64,000 nucleotides of DNA. Source: Escherichia phage EcS1. The stretch lies in sequence record NC_055721.1. One strand, written 5' to 3'. Made by a program: the position numbers and the translations under genes. The notes beneath the pieces were generated by a model. That model did not search any database. It was not told where the DNA came from and was given only the letters and a program-made list of their open reading frames with translations. Each line of letters begins with the position of its first letter. Within the stretch, counting starts at the first letter, position 1. Below, one piece after another: positions 1-9,644 of the stretch.

Positions 1-2169
1 TTATGAGCCCAGATTCAATAGTTTAGCAAAGTCAGTAGCTTGTTCAGCAGTCATACCATACCGACCTTTCATGTATTCAGATAGAACTAAGTTTTCTTTT
101 TCAAACTTCTTAATTCGATCTTCTTGTTTTTTAGAAGCCGAGTTAGTAAGTTTATCAAAAATATTTTTAGCTAGTTTATGCTCATTAATCACTTCAGTAT
201 AAGTGTTCTTAAATGACATAGCATAAGTCTTTAATTTAACTGCAGCTTTAGAAGTAACACCGCTTTCATTAAAGAATTTGTCCATTGCAGCCAGACAACT
301 ATGTTTGTTAATATGACGAGAATAAAAAGAATACGTTCCGGTCTCTACTGTATATTCATCGTAGTCAACAGTATCGATAAGTTCGATAAAGTAATCACTC
401 ATACGTTTGTATAATGATTTTAACTCAGTATTCTTGTAAGCGTATTTCCACACTGCAGGACGAAGAACAATGAACTCTTTAACATCATCGATCATTTCTG
501 CACAAGTTTTAATATTATGGAACGCCATACCATAGATACTTTTACCATCTGAATCATGGAAATCATCACGGTTCTGGAAGATGGTCCATTCATCTTTGAG
601 GTCATAAACATCTTTAGCCGATAAGAACAAATCACTAGCAATAAAGTGTCCTTCAGCATTTTTAACGAGACGGTAGCCGTTAGGTGATTTAGGACGAACA
701 GTACTTGGTCCTTTACTAGCTTCTTCTTTAACGGTAATGCCTTGAGCTTCTGTGAGTTCAGACATCTTGTAAGTTTCTACGATATCTTCACCAAAGAATG
801 TTTTAATTAAAGCAAGAGTTTTCATCTCAAGCTCTGAGTTCGCATCAAACATAACGATATCATCGAATGTTTTAAGCTCAGGATAGCCCTTAGGCAATTT
901 ATCTTCACGAGTTAATTTAGCTAAACCACGAATCGTATCAAGCTTCTTATTGCTCTTAACGTCGTTTAGAAGAACAACCAACTTCTCTGTAGAATAGCCG
1001 TACAGTCGATTCGCTGAAGCCGTTTTAGAGTTAGAAGTCCATTTAATGCGCTTACGTGTAGGTGTAGCACACATTTCATAAGCACAACCAACTTCAGCAA
1101 AGTGTTTAGGAATTTCATGCATCTGCTGAAGCTGACGAATATTATAACCTTTGACACCAAATGTAGTAACACGATGCTGTAAGAAGTTTCGTGCATCATA
1201 AGACAAACCATCAATCATACGATGAATCTTACGGGCATTAGTTTCAGCCGCGAAATCTTTCAAGTCTTCTTCTAAAACTTTCTTACCAAGTTCATTAATA
1301 CGTTTACGAACGTTTGCTGCAGTTTGTTCATCAAATGAAAGTTCTTCACGTGATGGAGTGATATCAAGTTCACCAAGTTTAAAACGAATAAACGTGATAT
1401 CATTTTTAATTTGAAGCCATGACTTAGGCAAATCAGGACATTCATTCAATGGGTAAACAATATTACCATACAGAGCATAGATGCCTTTATTTTCAAAACC
1501 TGTATAGTTGTAGGACATACTATAAGTGTCTTCGAATTCAGGGAAGAATTCAATTTCTGTTTTAGTTCCAGTGAGTTCTACTTTACCAGCGAAAGGACGA
1601 AGAACATAACGAATTTCTTTCAACCAAGCTGAAAGGTCATTCATTTTAACTGGGACAGTAATTTCAATACCAGTTTCATCACCTTCTTTCATTTCTTCAA
1701 CGAATGTAGGTTTCAGAACAGGTTCACCACCATCAAGCATTGCGTTGAAACCACGAATCATTCCATCATGATAAGACACAACAGTAAAGGTTTCGGTATA
1801 ACTGAATGGTGATTTAGAACCAAGACCCAACGCACCAATGAAGTCATTACTATTAGACTTAGTTGAAGCAAAATAAGTAGTGTACAGATTCAGAACGTCA
1901 TCTTCACTTAGCCCAGGACCAAAGTCACGAATAACAAATCGTGGGTCTAGCTGTGAAGGAGCCTTAATCGTAAATGGTTTAGTTTGACCATTCAAGAAAT
2001 GAGCATCAATACAGTTACAAGATAATTCGCGAACGATAGCACGAATCTTATTCTTGTAGAGGTTAGAAGACAAGATTTTAAATGCCTTCGCTGAAGTTGC
2101 GATACTAAACTTTTTAGATGCTTGGTTACCTGAACCCAGGATTACTTCATCGTCTGTAACTAATTTCAT
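1..2169 (-). CDS. rIIA: rIIA protein (membrane-associated, GHKL-ATPase-like N-terminus)
   Basis: 722 aa; N-terminus matches my recollection of T4 rIIA (KAFKILSS.LY.NKIRAVVRE...DPRFV.RDFGPG...GLGSKSPFSY); complete ORF, TAA stop at 1-3. Confidence 0.9.
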   Translation of the reverse strand: MKLVTDDEVILGSGNQASKKFSIATSAKAFKILSSNLYKNKIRAIVRELSCNCIDAHFLNGQTKPFTIKAPSQLDPRFVIRDFGPGLSEDDVLNLYTTYFASTKSNSNDFIGALGLGSKSPFSYTETFTVVSYHDGMIRGFNAMLDGGEPVLKPTFVEEMKEGDETGIEITVPVKMNDLSAWLKEIRYVLRPFAGKVELTGTKTEIEFFPEFEDTYSMSYNYTGFENKGIYALYGNIVYPLNECPDLPKSWLQIKNDITFIRFKLGELDITPSREELSFDEQTAANVRKRINELGKKVLEEDLKDFAAETNARKIHRMIDGLSYDARNFLQHRVTTFGVKGYNIRQLQQMHEIPKHFAEVGCAYEMCATPTRKRIKWTSNSKTASANRLYGYSTEKLVVLLNDVKSNKKLDTIRGLAKLTREDKLPKGYPELKTFDDIVMFDANSELEMKTLALIKTFFGEDIVETYKMSELTEAQGITVKEEASKGPSTVRPKSPNGYRLVKNAEGHFIASDLFLSAKDVYDLKDEWTIFQNRDDFHDSDGKSIYGMAFHNIKTCAEMIDDVKEFIVLRPAVWKYAYKNTELKSLYKRMSDYFIELIDTVDYDEYTVETGTYSFYSRHINKHSCLAAMDKFFNESGVTSKAAVKLKTYAMSFKNTYTEVINEHKLAKNIFDKLTNSASKKQEDRIKKFEKENLVLSEYMKGRYGMTAEQATDFAKLLNLGS

Positions 2170-2179
2170 AATTTTCCTA

Positions 2180-2404
2180 TCAATTCAAATGATATTTCAT
2201 AAGTTCTGCCACTTTAAGAAGTTCGTCTTGAGTAGCGGTTTGTTTAATAATTTTATCACGCAATTTAGCAGCATCATCTTTAAATTCAAGAGCCATATGT
2301 CGGTCCCAGAACTTATCAATCTGTCTGAATTCGAGAGCTATTGCTTTGTCGAATAATTCTAGGTTAACATTATATACGCGCATTTGTTGAAGCCTTATGT
2401 TCAA
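2180..2404 (-). CDS. hypothetical protein (rIIA.1 position)
   Basis: 74-aa ORF immediately upstream of rIIA, co-directional; no recognisable motif. Confidence 0.45.
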   Translation of the reverse strand: MNIRLQQMRVYNVNLELFDKAIALEFRQIDKFWDRHMALEFKDDAAKLRDKIIKQTATQDELLKVAELMKYHLN

Positions 2405-2702
2405 TTACATAATCGGATTTAAATGTCCCACACTCAGCGAACGCCTGACGCATAGCTCTTATTGTAGTTTGATTATTGTAATGCATATAAAGAAGTTTAA
2501 TAGCAAACACTTGCATATTAGGAGAAATACGTTCATTCTTACGTAAAGAACCGCATATTGATTCTACCATACGATTAAACGTTTCAAGTTTATCTTGGTC
2601 TTTGCTACCTTTATCAACAACTAATTTAGCTCTGTGTTCAAGTGTATAAGCCATCTGATCAACATCAACTAATGTACACCCATCACTCATTTGTAACCAC
2701 AT
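2370..2702 (-). CDS. hypothetical protein
   Basis: ORF caller start at 2768 is a TTG inside a terminator hairpin; a likelier start is the ATG at 2700-2702 (MWLQMSDG) preceded by GAGGAA. Confidence 0.45.
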   Translation of the reverse strand: MWLQMSDGCTLVDVDQMAYTLEHRAKLVVDKGSKDQDKLETFNRMVESICGSLRKNERISPNMQVFAIKLLYMHYNNQTTIRAMRQAFAECGTFKSDYVIEHKASTNARI

Positions 2703-2723
2703 AATATTTTCCTCAGGTTCAGA

Positions 2724-2760
2724 TACAAAAAAGGACATGGCAATAATACACCATGTCCTT
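2724..2760 (-). terminator. rho-independent terminator-like hairpin
   Basis: 10-bp stem aaggacatgg/ccatgtcctt with A-run on the plus strand (U-run in the minus-strand transcript). Confidence 0.5.
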
Positions 2761-2768
2761 TGTAGCAA

Positions 2769-2921
2769 TTAGTCTACACGACTAACCTGGCCTGTAACCT
2801 TAACGCGAGATCCATCCGCCTTAGTCACAGTGATAGTAACAAGATCACCAGTTAGAGGTTGGTTATCAGCCCACAAGTAGCCGTAAGACCCATCAACGAG
2901 AGTAATCCACCATCTATACAT
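2769..2921 (-). CDS. small hypothetical protein (50 aa)
   Basis: Unlisted ORF MYRWWITLVDGSYGYLWADNQ... with AAGGAG Shine-Dalgarno 7 nt upstream of ATG (2919-2921) and TAA at 2769-2771. Confidence 0.35.
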   Translation of the reverse strand: MYRWWITLVDGSYGYLWADNQPLTGDLVTITVTKADGSRVKVTGQVSRVD

Positions 2922-2966
2922 ATAAAGCTCCTTTTATAGTAGGACGTATTGTCCTACCATTATTTA

Positions 2967-4805
2967 TTACGACATCCAGGCCTTACGAAGTTTAGGGTCA
3001 TCACCTAGAAGCATTTCAAATTGTTCTTTCCAATCATCAGGTAATTGAATAACATCATAGACCGGTTTCATGATTACTCGTTCATATTCATCACGTTTCA
3101 ATGAACCAAGACCTTTAATATATCTGATACTGTAACCCTGGAGACGTTCCTTGGCAGTTTCATATTCAGCCAAGTCATACAACCATTCTTCTTTCTTGCC
3201 TTTAGTAGCAATGATTACAGGTGTCTTAACGAAACGAATACGTCCTTGTTCGAACAGTTCAGGCCATTGAGTAAAGAATGCTAATAATGAAGGATAAATC
3301 GAACCAGTTCCATCTACGTCAGCATCAGTCATGATACCGATATTTCGATAGTTCAGTGAATCAGCCTTTTCACCGATTACTAGACCAGTGATAGCACAGA
3401 TATCAAATGCTTCTTTGTTCTTAAGAATATCACCTGAACTCATACCCCAGGTATTCATGAACTTACCACGTAATGGATATCCACCATGTAGTTCACGGTC
3501 ACGAACTTCAATCAAATATCCGATTGCTGAGTCACCTTCCGTCAAGAACAGAGTAGTTTCAATTTTATCATTGCCATATTTGTTTGGCTTGATATGTTTG
3601 GCTACTTTTGCCTTCTGAGCTTTCTTTTGAGCCTTGGTTTCAGCAGCTTTTTCAGCAGCAATTTTACGTGCTAATGCAGCTTCGATAATAGGCATCAATA
3701 CTTCATCTGATTTCAGAATTTGTTGAGCAATCTTTTTAGTATCAAGCTGGATATGAGAACGAATCTCGCCAAATGGTGATGTCAAACGTTCTTTAGTCTG
3801 TGAATCGAAACGCATGTTCTTCATACCACGAACAAACATAACGAATGTCAGACATTCTTTAACACGAGCCTTAGTGACTTCAATTTTATGTTTACGCTTA
3901 ATAGCTGGAAGAAGTTCTTCACAGATATCATCCATCACACAATCAATATGGTGTCCGCCATTCTTAGTGTGAAGGTTATTCACATAAGTCAGATGACGAA
4001 AACCGTCAGGAGAACGACCAATTGCGATAGAACAATTGTCCACGTCAAAGATAACTGCTTCTTCATCAAACTGTTTCGCGAACTTTTTGAAAATACCTTG
4101 AACTTTTTTACCATTGAATTTAAACTCGATATCAGGATAAATTACAGCTAAAGTTTGAAGTCTGTCAAGAATAATATCCAAATAAACTTGAGAGAGCCCA
4201 TTAGTTTCAAAATGACTAAAATTAGGAATAAATGAAACAATAGTTCCTGTTTTAGAAGTTACATGTTCTTTATTCTTAGCTGGTTTTGTTTCCCAACTAA
4301 TATTCTCTGCGCCATTTGAACAGCGAACTACAATTTCATTTTTACCATCACATGTTGCACCTGCGAAGGTAGTAGAGAAGATATTGGTTAATGAAGAACC
4401 AACACCATTCATCCCACCTGTTTCACGGTCAGCATCTTCACCAAAGTTACCACCTGCCTTAGGACGAGTCCATGCAGCTACTGGACCTGGGATTTCAGTT
4501 CCTTCAGGAGTCATCACTGGAGTCTGAGGAATGCCACGTCCGTTATCTTCAACAATAACTTTAGAACCACGAACTTCTACTGAAATTTTATTAGCATGAG
4601 CAAAACGAGTACGAATCGCTTCATCAACCGAGTTATCAATGATTTCATCAATCAATTTAACAACGCCAGGAACATAGGTTACTTTTTCAAATTTGCCAAA
4701 CAGAAAACGTTCTTGGACTTCATTAGAAGAAGAGCCAATGTACATCCCGCTACGTTTAATAATATGCTCACGGTCAGACAGAATTTTAATTTCGTTCTTA
4801 ATCAT
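2967..4805 (-). CDS. 39: DNA topoisomerase II large subunit, fused 39/60 type (GyrB-like ATPase + TOPRIM)
   Basis: 612 aa; near-identical in long stretches to my recollection of T4 gp39 (MIKNEIKILSD.EHI.KRSGMYIGS, VTGGMNGVGSSLTNIFS, TKNGGHHIDC); C-terminal part continues into gp60-like sequence in one ORF. Confidence 0.9.
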   Translation of the reverse strand: MIKNEIKILSDREHIIKRSGMYIGSSSNEVQERFLFGKFEKVTYVPGVVKLIDEIIDNSVDEAIRTRFAHANKISVEVRGSKVIVEDNGRGIPQTPVMTPEGTEIPGPVAAWTRPKAGGNFGEDADRETGGMNGVGSSLTNIFSTTFAGATCDGKNEIVVRCSNGAENISWETKPAKNKEHVTSKTGTIVSFIPNFSHFETNGLSQVYLDIILDRLQTLAVIYPDIEFKFNGKKVQGIFKKFAKQFDEEAVIFDVDNCSIAIGRSPDGFRHLTYVNNLHTKNGGHHIDCVMDDICEELLPAIKRKHKIEVTKARVKECLTFVMFVRGMKNMRFDSQTKERLTSPFGEIRSHIQLDTKKIAQQILKSDEVLMPIIEAALARKIAAEKAAETKAQKKAQKAKVAKHIKPNKYGNDKIETTLFLTEGDSAIGYLIEVRDRELHGGYPLRGKFMNTWGMSSGDILKNKEAFDICAITGLVIGEKADSLNYRNIGIMTDADVDGTGSIYPSLLAFFTQWPELFEQGRIRFVKTPVIIATKGKKEEWLYDLAEYETAKERLQGYSIRYIKGLGSLKRDEYERVIMKPVYDVIQLPDDWKEQFEMLLGDDPKLRKAWMS

Positions 4806-4850
4806 TTCATTTCCTCATGTAGTGGATGTATCTTACTACTCTCTATAAAA

Positions 4851-4876
4851 AGCAAAAAGGGCCTAAGCCCTTTTAC
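4851..4876 (-). terminator. terminator-like hairpin (bidirectional-looking)
   Basis: aaaaagggc-ctaa-gcccttttt; GC stem flanked by A-run and T-run, between gene 39 start and the upstream ORF. Confidence 0.55.
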
Positions 4877-5087
4877 AAATTTTACAATTCTCGTCGTGGT
4901 GCTTTCCTAATTCATGGAAAGGTATCACTACCCAAGCTTTAGCTTCTTTCTTCAAACGTCGAACTTGTTTATTAGTCAAGCGAACTGGAGAATATTTGGT
5001 TAAAACTCGAGTGCCTATTTGGATTTTAGTTAGAAACGATACACACTCACGATACCGATGAATACCATATAAAAATTCAATTTTCAT
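4863..5087 (-). CDS. hypothetical basic protein
   Basis: 74-aa ORF; its last codons run into the terminator hairpin; start overlaps the stop of the upstream lipoprotein ORF. Confidence 0.35.
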   Translation of the reverse strand: MKIEFLYGIHRYRECVSFLTKIQIGTRVLTKYSPVRLTNKQVRRLKKEAKAWVVIPFHELGKHHDENCKICKRA

Positions 5088-5335
5088 TATCTGAACCTGA
5101 TTGTACTATTCTTGAATAACATACCACTACAAACAGCACCTTCTACCTTAATACCAGTGGGGCCTGTGGCTTTAAAGCCTGTGGACTGTGTGTCTTTCTC
5201 AGAACAAGAGAAGAAACTATATCCAGTGATTTCGATATTAGTGAAACCATTAGCCTGAAGAATGCGTGTTGCATTGTCTGAGTCAGTACAACCTACAGCC
5301 AGAATAGCGACAAGAGCGATCAGAATCTTTTTCAA
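5087..5335 (-). CDS. putative lipoprotein (TTG start)
   Basis: MKKILIALVAILAVGC: signal peptide plus lipobox; initiation codon is TTG (5333-5335) with AAGG 7 nt upstream. Confidence 0.5.
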   Translation of the reverse strand: MKKILIALVAILAVGCTDSDNATRILQANGFTNIEITGYSFFSCSEKDTQSTGFKATGPTGIKVEGAVCSGMLFKNSTIRFR

Positions 5336-5413
5336 ATTTTAGCCTTAATGGTTAAAGTGTAACGTTTCATACCGACACGTATCTTATATACGCCTGGTTT
5401 AATAGGACGAGCT

Positions 5414-5608
5414 TTAGGCAACATTAGGATTTCCTTTATGGTTATCATAGAAGCCACCATGTACATAACCAGGCGCCGTTACAGAACGTTCTGCAATGCC
5501 TTCACACATCAATGCAGTACATTCTACAGGTTCGTCACGTTCTGAAATTTTACGAATCTTTTCAATTTTTTCTGCACAAATAGTACAGTGGTATTCATAA
5601 ATTGGCAT
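5414..5608 (-). CDS. FmdB-family zinc-ribbon protein
   Basis: MPIYEYHCTIC...VECTALMCEG: characteristic MPIYEY + CxxC...CxxC zinc ribbon. Confidence 0.5.
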   Translation of the reverse strand: MPIYEYHCTICAEKIEKIRKISERDEPVECTALMCEGIAERSVTAPGYVHGGFYDNHKGNPNVA

Positions 5609-5613
5609 AGTAC

Positions 5614-6063
5614 CTACTTAAAACGAATTTCATTAAGACGTTCAATAGCCCAAAGACGAGAAGCTTCATCTTCTACATAGATATTGATAGTACCATTGAC
5701 TTCAATAACAGGTTTCTTAGGCTGTGCTTTAGCAACATCAGGGTCCACCCAATGTTTCTCAGGCCATTCATATAAAGCCCGATCAGAAATTAACATGAAA
5801 TGACGACGCAAACTATCTAGAATAGCGCAATAGCTCCACTCATAACTTCCGTCTTTAGTATAAAGCTTGATTTTTAAAACGCGATTTGAAACGTCTTCAT
5901 CATCAGCATCTTTTCTGGTATCACGTTTAATAACTTCAAATGGATTATTTCTTAAGTCTTTAGCCAAGCGACGGTCTAAAGGACTAATGGAAACCATCAA
6001 AGCATGATACCCATCATCAGTTAGAACATAAGTGTGTTTTAAATGAAACATTAGTTTAACCAC
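5614..6063 (-). CDS. hypothetical protein
   Basis: 149-aa ORF in co-directional array between gene 39 and dexA; no recognisable motif. Confidence 0.45.
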   Translation of the reverse strand: MVKLMFHLKHTYVLTDDGYHALMVSISPLDRRLAKDLRNNPFEVIKRDTRKDADDEDVSNRVLKIKLYTKDGSYEWSYCAILDSLRRHFMLISDRALYEWPEKHWVDPDVAKAQPKKPVIEVNGTINIYVEDEASRLWAIERLNEIRFK

Positions 6064-6440
6064 GCTGCAGTAATGGCTTTAATCGCACGTTCAGCTTGCT
6101 CTTGATTAGAGACACTGAACATCATTTCAGATTTGTCTAAAGACTGTTCAACCTGAGCTTCGCTAAGTTCAGTAAAGAATTTAGCTTCTTCGTCTAACAA
6201 CATAAAACTATGGTCAATAGACCCAATAACATCGCCAGCAGCAGAACCGTTTACAAACAAAACGTGGTCGGCATTGTCCATACTATCTAAATGTAAGACA
6301 GTGAATTCAGTGCCATTTTCTGTAATTAATCGAGATGCACTTTTATTGTAAATATGGGCATTGATAAACCCATTCACATCAGCCAGTGCATAGCGAGCAC
6401 CTAATTTAAATTCTTTAGCCATTAAATAGCTTCCTTCCAA
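6051..6440 (-). CDS. hypothetical protein
   Basis: 129-aa ORF; overlaps neighbours by a few codons as typical for T4-like early genes. Confidence 0.45.
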   Translation of the reverse strand: MEGSYLMAKEFKLGARYALADVNGFINAHIYNKSASRLITENGTEFTVLHLDSMDNADHVLFVNGSAAGDVIGSIDHSFMLLDEEAKFFTELSEAQVEQSLDKSEMMFSVSNQEQAERAIKAITAAWLN

Positions 6441-6619
6441 TAAGTTGTACCTTTCGCAGTGATATGACGAACTGCTACATAAATGGCTAAATCACCTTCA
6501 TACACATAAGCATAAGAATGATGTTCAAGACCAGAAGTTACTTCTTTCTGCACAACAGATAAGATAGGGCTGTACAGGATATCTTCAAATTGGTCTTGAG
6601 TAAGTGGTTGTTTAGACAT
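6422..6619 (-). CDS. hypothetical protein
   Basis: 65-aa ORF directly downstream of an early promoter cassette; GGAG Shine-Dalgarno before ATG. Confidence 0.45.
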   Translation of the reverse strand: MSKQPLTQDQFEDILYSPILSVVQKEVTSGLEHHSYAYVYEGDLAIYVAVRHITAKGTTYWKEAI

Positions 6620-6639
6620 TTTATATCTCCAGTTTGTTA

Positions 6640-6680
6640 GTGTAGGAACACTATACCATGTTCCTACACCGTTGTAAACA
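6640..6680 (-). promoter_or_regulatory. T4-type early promoter with embedded inverted repeat (PeSL-like cassette)
   Basis: Minus strand reads GTTTAC-18-TATAGT with TG extension; 10-bp inverted repeat GTGTAGGAAC/GTTCCTACAC flanks the -10. Confidence 0.5.
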
Positions 6681-6687
6681 CTTTAGA

Positions 6688-7086
6688 TTAAATTGTTCCG
6701 AAGTGCTTTGGTTTTGCTTTGCCTAAGTCTTCTAAGTTACTGATTTCAACCCAAGCAAAATCACCTTGGAATACAATGTTAGCATAATCACCATCAACTA
6801 GAGTACACAAAGCATACAATTCCTGGCCTTTTTGATGACCATCATTTGAGACGATGGATTCTTTTGTTTTAACATAATGTCCTTCAAGAGAAGGATTAAT
6901 AAGAGTTGCAAACTTACGACGGACATAACCTACTTGACCATTATCTGCTTTGATAACGAGTTCATCAGCAATACCACCAGCGGTAGCCCATGGACGGATA
7001 TCAAGAACTACACCTTGCAGACCTTTGATGCATGAACGAGAAGCAGAAGAAACTTGTACACGAGAACCAACAATAATATGAGACAT
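6688..7086 (-). CDS. hypothetical protein
   Basis: 132-aa ORF just downstream of dexA; no recognisable motif. Confidence 0.45.
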   Translation of the reverse strand: MSHIIVGSRVQVSSASRSCIKGLQGVVLDIRPWATAGGIADELVIKADNGQVGYVRRKFATLINPSLEGHYVKTKESIVSNDGHQKGQELYALCTLVDGDYANIVFQGDFAWVEISNLEDLGKAKPKHFGTI

Positions 7087-7096
7087 TCAATTCACC

Positions 7097-7780
7097 TTAG
7101 CGAGTTTTAGGAAGAGATAAAGGATCGGCATTACTTTCATCAGGGACTTCATCAAGTCCAAGTGCATACCGTTGAGCATATTTTAACATCAAAATATCTT
7201 TAGCACAATCGTGAATCGAATCATGCATAACGAAACCATTTAACGTGTCTGCTGGCAATGGAGTAGTAGACAAACCACGGACCATCGAATAACATTCAAT
7301 TGCTGTACGGATATCACGTTGATTCCAGAACTTACATGGTTCAGCAGTGAAGGTATCAATTTCTTCTTCAGCTACACCTGCATCACGTTGGATTTCACGG
7401 ATATGGTCAGTAAAGATTGGGAAGTCAAATGACATACCACGGCACCAACCTTGTGAATTCCATGCATCGACGCCTTGTTCTTTTAAGTACATCAAGGCTT
7501 CAGTGATGCCATCTACAATAGTCATATCATTTTCAGATGGGGCCAAGTTAGCTCGTGCTTCTGCTGACTGCCCTTTCCACCATTTGATGGTTCCTTTAGA
7601 GAACGTACGATGACCTTTCTGTGCAGCAAGATTAAATTTAATACGCTTACCACGAGCCACAAGTTCATCAAATGTTTCTACGACAGTCGGATCGGCATTA
7701 AAGGCAATTAACGCAAGGTCAATTACTGCTGCATTAGGTGTTGACCCGAAGGTCTCATAGTCAATTGTAAAATCAATCAT
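7097..7780 (-). CDS. dexA: exonuclease A (DnaQ-like 3'-5' exonuclease)
   Basis: 227 aa, same length and position as T4 DexA; N-terminal DxE-type exonuclease motif (IDFTIDYETFG). Confidence 0.8.
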   Translation of the reverse strand: MIDFTIDYETFGSTPNAAVIDLALIAFNADPTVVETFDELVARGKRIKFNLAAQKGHRTFSKGTIKWWKGQSAEARANLAPSENDMTIVDGITEALMYLKEQGVDAWNSQGWCRGMSFDFPIFTDHIREIQRDAGVAEEEIDTFTAEPCKFWNQRDIRTAIECYSMVRGLSTTPLPADTLNGFVMHDSIHDCAKDILMLKYAQRYALGLDEVPDESNADPLSLPKTR

Positions 7781-8012
7781 CGGTTGCTACCTTAAATTGT
7801 AAAATCAAATCAGCCACATGTTCACTGATACAAATATCAGGAGCTAGACCTGTGAACCAAATGATTGAGTCAGTTTTAGCTTTAATTGCTTCAAGTTTGT
7901 CAATTAATTCCCAGCCTATTCGCTGGGCAGTATCGTTATCTTTTGCTGAACGATGTTGGACTTTAATTGAATTAAGCAAATCAAGAAAATGTTCTTCGTG
8001 TAATCTGTACAT
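7773..8012 (-). CDS. hypothetical protein (dexA.1 position)
   Basis: 79-aa ORF between dda and dexA. Confidence 0.4.
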   Translation of the reverse strand: MYRLHEEHFLDLLNSIKVQHRSAKDNDTAQRIGWELIDKLEAIKAKTDSIIWFTGLAPDICISEHVADLILQFKVATDD

Positions 8013-8019
8013 ATTTCAC

Positions 8020-9345
8020 CTATACAAAATAAACATCATGACGAGCACGGGTAGCTGAAACGTATGCTAATTGCTTAGCTAAATCAATGTCAGCCAATGT
8101 GATGCACGGAGTATAGATGAATGTATTGTCTACGCTTATACCCTGTGACTTATGAATCGTACTACAAGGAAGAGCTTTAACTTTCAAGAAGGTTCGCTTA
8201 GCGTCCCAGAAGTCAGCCCAATGTGGTCGTCTTCCTGCTGATTTTAACTCACGATATGTTGTAGCAACTTTAGCCAAGAACATATCAAATTTCTGTTTCT
8301 CGTTTGCATCAGCAAGGACTTTAATAGTTTCACGTTGATAATCGTCATCTTCGTCTACAGTTTCGACTTCAAGATGCCAATATGAAATCATTTGCTTAAC
8401 AGAAACATCTCGTGCCTTCAAGAAAGTAGAAGTGAGTTTACAATCAAGAATACGAATCATTTGTCCATTATTGAAGATAATCTCATTGAACTTCTTACCA
8501 TCAAATTCGAGTTGCTTCATGTATGGCTCTTGCATAACTAGCACTTCGCCAACGATAAATGGGTTCTCTGTTTCATAAAGCTTACGACGAATAATACCAT
8601 TTAACTTATCGACTGACTTATTAGTATAAGCAAGCATACGAGTTTCAAATAAGTCTTCAGGGCTTTTAACCACATCAAAATACTTCATCATGTATTGTTG
8701 GAGAGGTTTATCACCACCAAAACCATGGAATCCATGACCATCTTCAATACATTCACGGAACCAACCACCAGTACGAATTTCAGTAGCGACTTTAATGATA
8801 GGTCCATTAGAACGTTTCACTTCAGTCAATGTGACTTGTTTGAAACGTGAGTCACTGAAGAAAGGTGACTTGGATGGTAGACTATCACCAGGAGAAACAG
8901 GACGAAGTTGTTCTTCATCACCAATACCAATGACAGTACAATGAGATGGAATAGTGTTCATCAAAATCTTGAACAGAGCGCCATCATACATCGACCCTTC
9001 ATCACAAAACAACACGCGACATTTAGCTAAGTCAGGCATTTCTTTCTGTTCGAAGATGCTTTCAGCTTCGTAAGTTGTTGGTGAAATTTTCAAGACACTA
9101 TGAATCGTAGCAGCTTCATGCCCAGACAATTTAGATAATACTTTTTTAGCCTGGTGAGTAGGTGCAGCCAACATTATCCCTAGCTCACCATTACGAACTA
9201 GATGTTCTAAAATGAATTTAGTCATGGTTGTTTTACCAGTCCCTGCGGGACCGTTAATCATGACATGGAATTTCTTTGTTTTAATAGCTTCAATTACTAC
9301 ATCAAATGCAGATTTTTGACCTACCGTTAAGTCTTCAAATTTCAT
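8020..9345 (-). CDS. dda: Dda DNA helicase (SF1B)
   Basis: 441 aa; Walker A INGPAGTGKTT and overall strong match to my recollection of T4 Dda (LAAPTH.AKK.LSKLSG.EA.TIHS, KALP.ST.HK.QG.SVD, TPCI). Confidence 0.9.
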   Translation of the reverse strand: MKFEDLTVGQKSAFDVVIEAIKTKKFHVMINGPAGTGKTTMTKFILEHLVRNGELGIMLAAPTHQAKKVLSKLSGHEAATIHSVLKISPTTYEAESIFEQKEMPDLAKCRVLFCDEGSMYDGALFKILMNTIPSHCTVIGIGDEEQLRPVSPGDSLPSKSPFFSDSRFKQVTLTEVKRSNGPIIKVATEIRTGGWFRECIEDGHGFHGFGGDKPLQQYMMKYFDVVKSPEDLFETRMLAYTNKSVDKLNGIIRRKLYETENPFIVGEVLVMQEPYMKQLEFDGKKFNEIIFNNGQMIRILDCKLTSTFLKARDVSVKQMISYWHLEVETVDEDDDYQRETIKVLADANEKQKFDMFLAKVATTYRELKSAGRRPHWADFWDAKRTFLKVKALPCSTIHKSQGISVDNTFIYTPCITLADIDLAKQLAYVSATRARHDVYFV

Positions 9346-9644
9346 TACGCTACAGTCACCCTTTTAACGAAAAGTGTATCAAAAATTCGTTTGAAACGAA
9401 TCTGCTCCTCTTCATTATATCTCACATGTTCTGTTACGCGTTTATCGAACCACCACCATCGTGGGTAGAATGTAGTAATAGGTCTACCGACTTTTAAATT
9501 ACGTTCGATAAAACTTTTTTCTAAAGCTAAAATCTCTTCAGCTTTATCTTTATGCTTGAAAATTGTAGCTGTATCGCCATTTTCAAAAGGTAGTTCATAC
9601 CCATCTTTATCTTTCCAGACAAGAGTGTATCCATAATGCATCAC
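9345..9644 (-). CDS. hypothetical protein (dda.1 position)
   Basis: 99-aa ORF, stop/start overlap with dda. Confidence 0.4.
   Translation of the reverse strand: MMHYGYTLVWKDKDGYELPFENGDTATIFKHKDKAEEILALEKSFIERNLKVGRPITTFYPRWWWFDKRVTEHVRYNEEEQIRFKRIFDTLFVKRVTVA

Noticed and set aside
2967-4805. Gene 60 translational bypass (50-nt hop) element
   Set aside because: Topoisomerase is encoded as one continuous 612-aa ORF; no interrupted reading frame or take-off/landing codon arrangement is present.
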